Source: Limisphaerales bacterium
GTDB lineage: Bacteria > Verrucomicrobiota > Verrucomicrobiia > Limisphaerales > SIBE01
Direction: 5' to 3'
Assembly: GCA_044225505.1 (NCBI GenBank)
Contig: JBGAIN010000009.1
Location: 18,592 to 82,591 of the forward strand
DNA: 64,000 nt
Positions 31,217 through 39,865 of the stretch are shown here, piece by piece. The notes under the pieces are model-generated. The model did not search any database and was not told the DNA's origin. It saw nothing but the letters and a program-made list of their open reading frames with translations. Every line of letters starts with the position of its first letter. The stretch's first letter is position 1. A program made the position numbers and the translations under genes.

Positions 31217-32278
31217 ATGAAAATAGTCAAATCTCTCACATTCTCGGCCCTGGCGGCCGTTACATTCGCTCTGGCGGCTCCGTCCGCTCTTGGGCAGGAT
31301 CCCATCATTAGTTCCCTCAGCCAAAACGGGCAACTGGTCTGCGTAGATCTGCAACCTGGCAGCACCGCCACCGTGGAATGGGCTTCGTCAGCGACGGGGC
31401 CATGGACCAACAACTGGTCGGCGTTGGAGTCGGTCACGGTGAACCCGAACGGGACGATCCAGGTGAGCGTGCCGATGTTCTATCGGGTGCGCGGAACGCC
31501 CGCTCCTCCCCTTGGCAAAGCCACTTTCACGAAATGGGTCACGGCTTTCCCAAATCAACCGGGCCTGATCGCCAATATGGCGGGCACAGTTGGAGGGGAT
31601 GTCGGCAGCGGCACTTATACCGGGGAAGTCCTCAAAATGAGCACCGACCCAGTCACGGGCGTCACTGAAATAGTGGCCTTTTACCATCTCAATGGCCCGG
31701 CACACTCCTTCACCGCGCTTGTCCACGTCCTGCAAACAGGTGCCGTCACCGGCTCAAAGGCTGTGATCGATGGCGTCGTCACGGAGGGTTGGCTGGCCGG
31801 GCACGCTGTCGCAGGGGAATTTACGCAGATCGCGATTGATCATGACGGTGGGACGGGTTACCAGGGCACGCTCGAGATCAAGAGTGCTCCTCCACCGCCT
31901 TCCTTAGGCAAGGCTACGTTTACGAAATGGGTGACCGCGTTCCCGAACCAGCCGGGCCTGATCGCCAATATGGCGGGCACAGTTGGAGGGGATGTCGGCA
32001 GCGGCACTTATACCGGGGAAGTGCTCAAAATGAGCACCGATCCAGTCACGGGCGTCACTGAAATAGTGGCCTTTTACCATCTCAATGGCCCGGCACACTC
32101 CTTCACCGCGCTCGTCCACGTCCTGCAAACAGGCGCCGTCACCGGCTCAAAAGCCGTGATCGGCGGGGTTGTCATCGATGGGTGGCTCAAAGGCCACGCT
32201 GTGGCAGGGGAATTCACGCAGATCGCGATCGACCATGACGGTGGGACAGGTTACCAGGGCACTCTGGACATCAGGTGA
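31217..32278 (+). CDS. Secreted protein: N-terminal ...FYR module + two tandem copies of the same unrecognised domain
   Basis: Signal peptide MKIVKSLTFSALAAVTFALAAPSALG, then ...VEWASSATGPWTNNW...PMFYRVRG, then 2x (GKATFTKWVTAFPNQPGLIANMAGTVGGDVGSGTYTGEVL...YHLNGPAHSFTALVHVLQTG...YQGTL). Confidence 0.75.
   Translation: MKIVKSLTFSALAAVTFALAAPSALGQDPIISSLSQNGQLVCVDLQPGSTATVEWASSATGPWTNNWSALESVTVNPNGTIQVSVPMFYRVRGTPAPPLGKATFTKWVTAFPNQPGLIANMAGTVGGDVGSGTYTGEVLKMSTDPVTGVTEIVAFYHLNGPAHSFTALVHVLQTGAVTGSKAVIDGVVTEGWLAGHAVAGEFTQIAIDHDGGTGYQGTLEIKSAPPPPSLGKATFTKWVTAFPNQPGLIANMAGTVGGDVGSGTYTGEVLKMSTDPVTGVTEIVAFYHLNGPAHSFTALVHVLQTGAVTGSKAVIGGVVIDGWLKGHAVAGEFTQIAIDHDGGTGYQGTLDIR
31514..32275 (+). repeat. 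In-frame tandem duplication, period 393 bp (131 codons), 1.9 copies
   Basis: 31514-31906 aligns with 31907-32275. The core (31559-31745 vs 31952-32138) differs at only about 4-6 positions. The first 51 nt of each unit carry 10 differences, all synonymous. Confidence 0.9.
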
Positions 32279-32354
32279 GGCCCTGGGGACTGACAGAGCA
32301 GGGCCATCGCTTGACCTCATGAGGGCACGATTCCCACAAAGCGAAACTGAGCGA

Positions 32355-32388
32355 ATCAACCTCGGAAAGAGCAACATCCGAGGTTGAT
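32355..32388. terminator. Hairpin between convergent genes (possible bidirectional terminator)
   Basis: ATCAACCTCGGA-aagagcaaca-TCCGAGGTTGAT has a 12-bp perfect stem. There is no strong U-tract. Confidence 0.35.
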
Positions 32389-32630
32389 CTCGGCAATTGC
32401 GCGGGGTGCGCCGAACCAGCTGTCCGCTATCATAACAGGTTACCTACAACCGGATCCAGTGGCTGAACTAGACGACTGCAACAGCCAATACAGAAGACGA
32501 GCCGACCGCCTGCGGAGGGGGCGGTCGCCGTCTTTACGATCTTCGAATTCGTTGCCTGAATTCCAAAGACCACCAGCGCGACTCTGGCGACGAGCAGGGC
32601 CAGAAAATAGCTCCATTCATGGAGACTTCC

Positions 32631-33455
32631 TCAAACTGCGACCGTCACACAGAGGAATGTCGCAGGAATGGTCGTGGCATTTTTATCCGAGCTTTTGTTC
32701 TGGCTTTGGAACAAGGCTTCCAATTCGTTCTGCAAATCCTTGGCCCGGCCGGATTTTTCCGCAGCTTCAAAAGCGTTCATCGTCGGTCCGTAGTATTTCC
32801 GGAAATCATCCACGAACGCCGAAGGCGGCTTGGGCGCATGGAAGGTGAACGTCTCTCGGGAGAAGGAGATTCTCTCCTTGGGTATCCCCGCGTGAGCAAA
32901 GCGCTCAATCACGTGATCTTCCAGGCCCCACGTCATGGGGCTGACAAATCCTTTTGGGGGCGGCGGCGTATAGGCCGAACTGACTCGCAAGATCTGCGCG
33001 ACGAGCGTCGGGTCGTTCGGAATCCAGTTGCCCATGACAATCCGGCCGCCAGGTTTGGTCACGCGTACTTTCTCCTTGGCCACTTGGTGTGGGTTAGATG
33101 CAAACATCGCGCCAAAGACGCTCACCACGAGGTCGAATGATTTGTCGTTCAATTCGCGCAAATCGGAGGCGTCCCCTTCCTGGAAGCGACAATTCGCGAG
33201 CCCCAGTTCCTGGGCGCGTCTGTTCCCGGCTTCCACGAGGTTGGAGGCGATGTCCACGCCGGATACCAACGCGCCCAGCTTCGCGGCTGGCACCGCGGTC
33301 GTCCCGTCGCCGCAGCCCAGGTCCAGGACTTTCATTCCTTGTTTAATTCCGAGTTGGCGAACGAGCGCTTCACCGCTTTCGCGCATGGTGGCGGCGATAC
33401 GAGTGAAGTCACCTTTTTCCCAGAGTGCTTTGTTTGGATTCATGGCAGTATTCAT
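32631..33455 (-). CDS. Class I SAM-dependent methyltransferase
   Basis: Motif I VLDLGCGDGT, then post-I/II motifs (GVDIA, FDLVVSVFG, KPGGRIVM). Confidence 0.8.
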   Translation of the reverse strand: MNTAMNPNKALWEKGDFTRIAATMRESGEALVRQLGIKQGMKVLDLGCGDGTTAVPAAKLGALVSGVDIASNLVEAGNRRAQELGLANCRFQEGDASDLRELNDKSFDLVVSVFGAMFASNPHQVAKEKVRVTKPGGRIVMGNWIPNDPTLVAQILRVSSAYTPPPPKGFVSPMTWGLEDHVIERFAHAGIPKERISFSRETFTFHAPKPPSAFVDDFRKYYGPTMNAFEAAEKSGRAKDLQNELEALFQSQNKSSDKNATTIPATFLCVTVAV

Positions 33456-33498
33456 TTTTTGGATGGTTCGTATAGTTCTTGTGCTTGTTTTTGTTGGA

Positions 33499-34185
33499 CT
33501 AATAGGATGTGAAAAGTGTGGAAGTGCCCCGCGATTTTTCGAGTTGCAGTGTCCTCACGTCGGCGAGAATCAAGCGCGGGTCGAGAGTGCCGGAGCTGTA
33601 GATGTTTCGGATCCTGCCAGCCGAATCGATCAGGAACACCCGTAAGGTGTGGTTGAGCGGTCCGGTGGGATCGAAGGCGTTCGCCTTCTTATCGACGGCT
33701 TGGCCGTAGGCGTCCAGGATGGGTTTCAGATCCGCCTCGGATCGTGTGGTGACGAAATGCCACGGGGCCGCGTCCGGACGTCGTGATGCGAGTTGGGCAT
33801 AATCGGCCATTCGCTTGGGCGTGTCGTTCGCCGGATCGAAGCTGAGGCTCACGAGGCGAAGTTGCTTCGAGAGCGAGGCGTCATCGGCGCTTTCGCGATG
33901 AAGCTGCAACAAAACACCAGTGGCGTAGGGACAGGCCTTCGCCGCGGCGCAGCGCGTGTAGATGAAACTCATCACGGTGACGCGGCCGTGGGTGAGATCG
34001 GCCAGGCGAATCGATCGGCCTGTGCAATCCAGTAACGCGCCATCAGCGGCAGATTTGATGACGGGCAGAGTGTAAGACCCCGGCTCGGGCGCTTCGTAAT
34101 CGTATTCGGACGTGTGAGCAGTTTCCGCCTGCAGCCCAATAAGACCGGCGGTGGCGAGCATGATCAGTTGAGTGACGGTGTTCAT
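33499..34185 (-). CDS. SCO1/SenC-family thioredoxin-fold protein (copper chaperone-like)
   Basis: Signal sequence MNTVTQLIMLATAGLIG, a Cys pair in FIYTRCAAAKACPYATG, and a conserved His region HTLRVFLIDSAGRIRNIY. The ATG at 34185 lies 8 nt after the upstream stop. Confidence 0.8.
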   Translation of the reverse strand: MNTVTQLIMLATAGLIGLQAETAHTSEYDYEAPEPGSYTLPVIKSAADGALLDCTGRSIRLADLTHGRVTVMSFIYTRCAAAKACPYATGVLLQLHRESADDASLSKQLRLVSLSFDPANDTPKRMADYAQLASRRPDAAPWHFVTTRSEADLKPILDAYGQAVDKKANAFDPTGPLNHTLRVFLIDSAGRIRNIYSSGTLDPRLILADVRTLQLEKSRGTSTLFTSY

Positions 34186-34193
34186 GGGAGTCT

Positions 34194-35528
34194 TCAGTTC
34201 GCTTTGGCGATACGGTTTTGTCCGAGTTTGCTGGAGCCGAAAAGCATGTGGTGCGGGCGTCCCAGTCGGAGCATGGTGAAGTCGAGCGCGAACTTGGGCG
34301 TTAGTGCTTTGCCGTCCCAACCGTAAGCTCGGAGAAACTGTTCGTTGTCGTCGCCGCTCTTATCCCAATGCGCGAGCAGTGAACTGGAAAAGTAGAGCCG
34401 CTTTCCGTCCCAGCTTTGGGATACCATGTTCAGCTGGCGGCCGATTTGAGTCTCGCAGATCGCTCTGGGCTCTTGCGGATTCGACACGTCGAACACCCGG
34501 CACTTGCCGTCTCCAAAGCAATCCACGAAGAGCGTTTTGTCGTCCGCGCTAAGGCTGATGTCCACCGGGAGCACCCCGCCCTTTGGACCAATCTGAGCCA
34601 CGCCTTTCGCTTGCCATTCGCCTTTCTCGTCCTCGTAGCAGAGCCAGAGTTTCGAACCCAGGGCCGTGGCTGTGAAGGCGTAGTTGTGTTTCTCTCCCCA
34701 CGCCCAACGGATCTCCAGGGGCGCTCCTGGGACTGGAAACACCTTCTTTGGTTGGCGGGTGTGAAAATTCCACAAGACCATGGAATTGCCGAACTGCTTG
34801 AGCGCCTCGGGATCGTTGGCAATCTCGCCAAACGGCCGGGTGTAGTTGTTCCAACCGGTGAAGGATGTGGTCAATAGCACATTTTTGCGCGGCAAGACAC
34901 GGGCATCATAGTTGTACCCGTCTGCGAATTGCGCACCGGTGATCCCGGCTGCATTCTTGGTGGGCATCCAGTAAGTGGCGATATAGTCACCTTCGTTACT
35001 GAACTCGACGAGGGCGGTGCGACCGCCCCGATCCCGCGCGTTGGAAAGGCATGGAATCAACACGCGGCCGGGCAACGCGTAAACGCCATGCGGTCCGACC
35101 GCGCCGCCCGTGAGCGTTTCGAAATGATCGATCGTCTTGATCAACTGAGGCCGGGCGGGTTGTGAATGGACGTCGAAGATGAAAATCTTGCTCGTCTCCA
35201 GCCCGGATAACCATAATTGGCGGCGGTCGTCGGTAAAGCCGCCGTGGTGCGCTTCGTTCCGCCCTTCGACGGAGCAACTATAGAGGACCTTTCCATAACT
35301 CGCGGAGCCGGGCTTTACATCGACGACGACGAGTTTGTCTGCGCCATCCCCAAGGCCTTGGACGCCGAGGGTCCAGACGTAAACATATTCCTCCTGTCCC
35401 TCGATACGGGCCAGGTAGGGCGAGGAGCAAGTTTCGTCCGCCCGGCTGTCGGCGACGAACGTGGGCGCGGTCAGAGCGAGCGCCAGGTAAGCGGCGACCT
35501 GGCAGGCCAGTGGAATTCGGTTGTTCAT
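34194..35528 (-). CDS. mtoX: Selenium-binding protein 56 (SBP56) family, methanethiol oxidase (MtoX)-like
   Basis: Colinear with SELENBP1 blocks: NEAHHGG, GYNYDARV, MVLWNFHTRQ, PLEIRW, DISLSADDKTLFV...RVFDVSNPQEPR and NMVSQSWDGKRLYFSSSLLAHWDK. It has a signal-like N-terminus, and an SCO1 gene lies immediately downstream. Confidence 0.8.
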   Translation of the reverse strand: MNNRIPLACQVAAYLALALTAPTFVADSRADETCSSPYLARIEGQEEYVYVWTLGVQGLGDGADKLVVVDVKPGSASYGKVLYSCSVEGRNEAHHGGFTDDRRQLWLSGLETSKIFIFDVHSQPARPQLIKTIDHFETLTGGAVGPHGVYALPGRVLIPCLSNARDRGGRTALVEFSNEGDYIATYWMPTKNAAGITGAQFADGYNYDARVLPRKNVLLTTSFTGWNNYTRPFGEIANDPEALKQFGNSMVLWNFHTRQPKKVFPVPGAPLEIRWAWGEKHNYAFTATALGSKLWLCYEDEKGEWQAKGVAQIGPKGGVLPVDISLSADDKTLFVDCFGDGKCRVFDVSNPQEPRAICETQIGRQLNMVSQSWDGKRLYFSSSLLAHWDKSGDDNEQFLRAYGWDGKALTPKFALDFTMLRLGRPHHMLFGSSKLGQNRIAKAN

Positions 35529-35634
35529 AAAACTGATAGGTGGATGGGTAGTGATTTGGAGCGGAGATTCAGAGTGGTGGTCACGGCCTGTGCGAGTCCT
35601 CGTGACCCACCCTCCTGATTCTCCACCGCTCGTC

Positions 35635-35907
35635 CTAGTCCGCAGTCGTCGGATCGATGATGGTCTTCACCGGATAGATCGAATCTGCCGGAAACCCCGA
35701 ACGGACGGCGTGTTCACGGATCAATTCAGGATTCGGTGCCAAGTAAATGCAGAACAGTTTGTGGTCCGTGACGTAACTCTGCACCCACTGGATCGACGGC
35801 CCGAGCTCGCTCAGGACGCGGCAGGATCTCCCGGACGCTTCGTGGAGTTCTTTCGGGCTCATCTTGCCCGCGTTGGGGACGTTTCGTTCGATGACGTACT
35901 TTGGCAT
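35635..35907 (-). CDS. DUF4242-family small protein
   Basis: MPKYVIERNVPNAGKMSPKELHEASGRSCRVLSELGPSIQWVQSYVTDHKLFCIYLAPNPELIREHAVRSGFPADSIYPVKTIIDPTTAD matches the DUF4242 pattern as I recall it. The internal ATG at 35907 is preferred. Confidence 0.6.
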   Translation of the reverse strand: MPKYVIERNVPNAGKMSPKELHEASGRSCRVLSELGPSIQWVQSYVTDHKLFCIYLAPNPELIREHAVRSGFPADSIYPVKTIIDPTTAD

Positions 35908-35980
35908 AAGCAATTTCGTGTTCGTGTTTTGTTGAATGTCGCGCGCCTTTGCCGTTGGCAACGCGCGGCGAGAGACCTTA

Positions 35981-35996
35981 TGCAATCCAGATGCCA
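35981..35996 (-). promoter_or_regulatory. Sigma-54 (-24/-12) promoter
   Basis: The minus strand reads TGGCAT-CTGGA-TTGCA, a near-consensus match to TGGCAC-N5-TTGCW. It lies 74 nt upstream of the DUF4242 ATG and just downstream of a sigma-54 activator gene. Confidence 0.65.
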
Positions 35997-36072
35997 CCGG
36001 GTGGGTTTCGAGGATCAGCGCTGGATGCCAGTCGCTTATAGAAAATCGACGACGTGCAGGTTCGTGTGAGAA

Positions 36073-36121
36073 TTCGCGAAACGTGGAATTTCGCGAGCCG
36101 CAATCGCGAATCTTCGCGCGA
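36073..36121. promoter_or_regulatory. Cluster of four TCGCGA-core palindromic motifs (candidate upstream activator sites)
   Basis: TTCGCGAA (36073-36080), TTTCGCGAG, ATCGCGAAT and TTCGCGCGA lie 77-125 bp upstream of the -24 element. Confidence 0.4.
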
Positions 36122-36142
36122 GCGGACTCCGAGAGAAAAGCG

Positions 36143-38074
36143 TCAGGCGGGAGATTTGACGCCGAGCGCTTTCATGCGCGAGCGCAACGTGGACGGATTC
36201 ATTCCAAGCAACGCCGCGGCACCGCCGTCACCCGAAATCCTCCATTGAGCAGAGGCGAGGGCCCGCATCAGATTGTCACGCTCTAGATTCTCCAGCTCTT
36301 GCGACGTATGAATGCGAGCCGATGTCTTGGCTTCCTTGAGGGCGTTAGGCCCGGCGGGTTTTAGCTCGGGCAATGCGCGATCAAGGTTCAACCGCCCATC
36401 CGCCGCTGTAATGACCGCGCGTTCGATGACATTCTGCAGTTCACGCACATTGCCTGGCCATGCGTAAGCTTGAAGCCTGCGCTGGTCTTCGGCAGTCAGT
36501 GGGAGGAGGGAGCAGCCGATTTGTTGGGAAAAGCGGCGCGCGAAGGAAGCGGCCAACGCGGGGATGTCCTCTTTACGTTCGCGCAAGGGCGGCAGTGTCA
36601 GTGGAAAAACATTCAGCCGATAAAACAAGTCTTCGCGAAAGCGGCCCTCCTTCACTTCGTGTGCCAAATCGCGATTGGTCGCGGTTACGATGCGGACGTT
36701 GACTTTGCGTGTGGTCGAGCCTCCGACCAGCTCGAAGGTCCCATCTTGCAGGACCCGTAACAGTTTGCTCTGCAGTTCGAGAGGCAGCTCCCCCACTTCA
36801 TCCAAAAAGATCGTCCCGCCATCGGCCAGCGCAAAGCGGCCCTCCCGTTTGGTCGTTGCACCGGTGAAAGCCCCGCGTTCGTGCCCGAAGAATTCGCTTT
36901 CGATCAGAGTTGCTGGTATCGCTGCACAGTTGACCGTGACCAGCGGCTTTTCACGCCGCTTGCTGGCGGCGTGAATGGCGCGAGCAAAAAGCTCCTTGCC
37001 CGTTCCGGTTTCCCCCTGAATCAGAACGGTCGTGTCGGTCACTGCGACCTGCTCGACATCGCGCAGCACTCGCCGCAAGACCGGGCTCTGGCCGATAATC
37101 TCTCCGAATTGGCGCAACGCCTGCAGCTCTTCCTGCAGATATTCGGCCTGGGAAGAAAGCGCTTGAATTCTCCGCTCCGCTTCCAGCCGCTCGTCCACGT
37201 TCCGGAGAATAATAGCGTGGTAGGTTTGTCCGCGGTTGCTGAATCGCGACAGTGTGGCCTCGGCGGGAAACAGGGACTTGTCCCAGCGTTGGACCGTCAA
37301 GCTGTGCGGAATCCAAAGCTGCCCTTTACCGATGGGCTTGGTGTTCAGTTCGTCCGCAAAAACAGCCAGCTGGCTGGCGCTCACATGATGCAGAAAATCA
37401 CGCAGGTTTTCGCCGAGCAAATCCTCTGCCGTGCAGCCAAGCAGGCGTTCGGCGGCCGGATTCACGCGCACGATGTTCATTTGAGCATCGAGAACCACGA
37501 TGGCATCCATGGCGCTTCCCAAAAGCGCACTCAATTCTTCCTCACGGAGCCGGACTTCTTCCTCAATCTTCAACCGGCGCACTTCCGCCGCGGCCCGAGC
37601 GGCGAAGATTTCAAAAAGTGACAGCAGCCTCGGCTCCGCTGGCATGGCCTTATCGTCCAGAATGGACACATGCCCCATCACGGCACCATCCGTTCCTAGC
37701 AGCGGCGCGCCGAGATAACTTACCGGTTTCACCGGCAGAAAGCCCGGTTTGGGTGGGTATAGGTCGATGAGCCGCTCTGGAACGTGAATCAACCGCTTGG
37801 ACTCCACCACCGGGGCGCAAACCGTCCCGGCAATGTCATATTCAAAGTCCTCAAGATAGGTGCCTTGCAGCCAGAAAGCGTAAGCCCGCAAGCGCTTCCG
37901 CTCGGGTAGGTATTCCGTTACCCAGGCGCCAGCCGTGTCCGCGACCATGGCCAAATTCTTCACCAAGGCGCGGAAGAACTCGACGCCCGTTTCGGAAACG
38001 GTCCCTTCCACGACCAAACGCAGTGCATCTTCGTCTTTCATACTCCCACGGGCTGGCATCGATAGCATGCACAA
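36143..38074 (-). CDS. Sigma-54-dependent transcriptional activator (GAF + PAS + AAA+ + HTH)
   Basis: A GAF-like N-terminus, a PAS domain (LGSAMDAIVVLDAQMNIVRVNPAAERLLG), then [30 protein letters not shown] and a C-terminal Fis-type HTH. The start is uncertain (TTG 38074; ATGs at 38068, 38059 and 38041). Confidence 0.9.
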   Translation of the reverse strand: MCMLSMPARGSMKDEDALRLVVEGTVSETGVEFFRALVKNLAMVADTAGAWVTEYLPERKRLRAYAFWLQGTYLEDFEYDIAGTVCAPVVESKRLIHVPERLIDLYPPKPGFLPVKPVSYLGAPLLGTDGAVMGHVSILDDKAMPAEPRLLSLFEIFAARAAAEVRRLKIEEEVRLREEELSALLGSAMDAIVVLDAQMNIVRVNPAAERLLGCTAEDLLGENLRDFLHHVSASQLAVFADELNTKPIGKGQLWIPHSLTVQRWDKSLFPAEATLSRFSNRGQTYHAIILRNVDERLEAERRIQALSSQAEYLQEELQALRQFGEIIGQSPVLRRVLRDVEQVAVTDTTVLIQGETGTGKELFARAIHAASKRREKPLVTVNCAAIPATLIESEFFGHERGAFTGATTKREGRFALADGGTIFLDEVGELPLELQSKLLRVLQDGTFELVGGSTTRKVNVRIVTATNRDLAHEVKEGRFREDLFYRLNVFPLTLPPLRERKEDIPALAASFARRFSQQIGCSLLPLTAEDQRRLQAYAWPGNVRELQNVIERAVITAADGRLNLDRALPELKPAGPNALKEAKTSARIHTSQELENLERDNLMRALASAQWRISGDGGAAALLGMNPSTLRSRMKALGVKSPA

Positions 38075-38134
38075 TAATCGGTGATCAGCGGAAGTGCACT
38101 AGAACTTTCGGTGAAGACCCTGGTCGGGTGACGT

Positions 38135-38401
38135 ATGAATTCTCCGACCGGTTCCAAATCGAAACATGGCCGTCGGTTGCGTCCCCTCGACGGCGGAACC
38201 ACCGACACGGGGCATCCCTATTACGTCATGGAATTGGCCCAGGGCGTGCCAATCATCGAATTCTGCGACAAGAACAAACTCCCGGGCCGGGAGCGGCTCA
38301 AGCTGTTCATTCAAGTCTGCCAGGCTGTCCAGAGCGCGCACCTGAAAGACAAGCTCTACATTCGCACGGCTAAGCACTTGTGGGTTTTGAGGGAGAATTG
38401 A
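38135..38401 (+). pseudogene. Fragment of a Ser/Thr protein kinase gene
   Basis: Only ~45 codons (38213-38341) look kinase-like: HPYYVMELAQGVPIIEFCDKNKLPGRERLKLFIQVCQAVQSAH, i.e. subdomains V to VIa. The HRDLK catalytic loop and everything else are missing. Confidence 0.5.
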
Positions 38402-39758
38402 AGTTAAACAAATCCTTCCGCACGCGATCTCGTTCCCGATCAATCTGTTCATCGGTCGCTCCCAATTGCTCCATCAGGAAATCGGCCATGGAAAGTGCAA
38501 CTTCCCCTTCGTTCGAGAAAATCGCATTCGCGCCGGCTTTCCTTAGTGCCTCCGATTCCGCCAGGTAATTCGCCCGCGTCAGGATGCGCAGGTTGGGATT
38601 CAGTTCTCGGGCGGCCTTGATAATCCCGGCGGCTTCCGCCGTGGAACTGGAGATGATCAATCCGGCCGCCGATTCCAGTTCCGCATGACGCAGAATTTCC
38701 ACCTTTACCGCGTCACCGTAAATGGCGTGCCGTCCCTCGGCGGTCAGTTTTTTGACCGTATCAATATTCATGTCGAGGACGACGGGTTGGATCCCGTTAT
38801 CGATTAAAATGCGGCTGACGGTACGTCCCACTGGGCCATAGCCAATCACGACCACATGGTCTTGGGCACCGTCTTTTTTGAACGGTTTCGAAGCAGGAGC
38901 GGCGGACGCAGGACGCAACCATTGACGCGCTTCCAGCCAGCGGACGGTAGGGGCAATGCCTTGGTAGAGTATCGGATTAATGGTAATGGAAAGAATCGAT
39001 CCGGCCACCAGGGCGTTCATAACCTCAGCGGGCATGATCTTCAATGACACAGCGAGCGTTGCCAGAATGAAGGAGAACTCACCGATTTGAGCCAGCGCCA
39101 CCGCGATGGTCAGGGCCACTTGCAGAGGACGTTTCAGGATCAACACAACCAACAAAGCCGCCAGGGGTTTTCCAATCAAAACAATCCCCAGCGTTACCAG
39201 CATGAGCGGCCAACCTTCGCGAATTGCGCCCGGATCAAACAGCATTCCGACTGACACGAAAAAGAGAACGGCAAAGGCATCCCGCATCGGGAGTGCATCG
39301 GACGCGGCTCGGGCGCTGAAATCCGACTGGCCCACGATCATCCCTGCGAGGAATGCCCCAAGTGCCATGGAGGCACCAAAGACCTTGGTTGCGCCCACCG
39401 CGATGCCCAGGGCCAATACCAAAACGCTCAGGGTGAACAATTCTCGGGAACCCGTCCGGGCGACGTATCCTAAGAGCATCGGGATCACTCGTTGACCGAT
39501 GGTGAAGGTGAAAACAATGAGGCCGCCCAGTTTCAGCATGCCAATGGCAAGAGTTTTCCAGACGGCACCGCCCGCTTGCGCTTCCGAACCTCCGCCAAAG
39601 ATCGCCGGTAAAAGAACCAACACCACGATGGTGAAAAGGTCTTCGACGATCAGCCATCCGATTGCTATGTGGCCCGTGGGCGTGTGCAACGCCCGGTTGT
39701 CCGCAAGCACTCGCGTCAACACCACGGTGCTCGCCACTGAAATCGCTACGCCAAACAC
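38370..39758 (-). CDS. CPA2 (YbaL/KefB-type) cation:proton antiporter with TrkA-N domain, 5'-truncated (possible pseudogene)
   Basis: The similarity starts at the equivalent of YbaL residue ~115 (FGVAISVASTVVLTRVL...GHIAIGWLIVEDL...SRELFTLSVLVLALG...DAFAVLFFVSVGMLFDP) and continues through the TrkA-N domain (VVVIGYGPVGR). About 110 N-terminal aa (first TM helices) are missing. An in-frame TGA lies 3 codons upstream of the GTG. Confidence 0.8.
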   Translation of the reverse strand: MFGVAISVASTVVLTRVLADNRALHTPTGHIAIGWLIVEDLFTIVVLVLLPAIFGGGSEAQAGGAVWKTLAIGMLKLGGLIVFTFTIGQRVIPMLLGYVARTGSRELFTLSVLVLALGIAVGATKVFGASMALGAFLAGMIVGQSDFSARAASDALPMRDAFAVLFFVSVGMLFDPGAIREGWPLMLVTLGIVLIGKPLAALLVVLILKRPLQVALTIAVALAQIGEFSFILATLAVSLKIMPAEVMNALVAGSILSITINPILYQGIAPTVRWLEARQWLRPASAAPASKPFKKDGAQDHVVVIGYGPVGRTVSRILIDNGIQPVVLDMNIDTVKKLTAEGRHAIYGDAVKVEILRHAELESAAGLIISSSTAEAAGIIKAARELNPNLRILTRANYLAESEALRKAGANAIFSNEGEVALSMADFLMEQLGATDEQIDRERDRVRKDLFNFNSPSKPTSA

Positions 39759-39760
39759 CG

Positions 39761-39808
39761 AAATGTCTCACACTCCGTCCACAATTGTGGACGGAGTGTG
39801 AGACATTT
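39761..39808. repeat. Perfect 48-bp palindrome (24+24, no spacer)
   Basis: AAATGTCTCACACTCCGTCCACAA|TTGTGGACGGAGTGTGAGACATTT. All 24 pairs were checked by hand. Confidence 0.95.
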
Positions 39809-39865
39809 GCCTCGGAGCTTTCCCTATTAATTATTCACCACTTGATCTCGAACAGCCGCAAGGGC

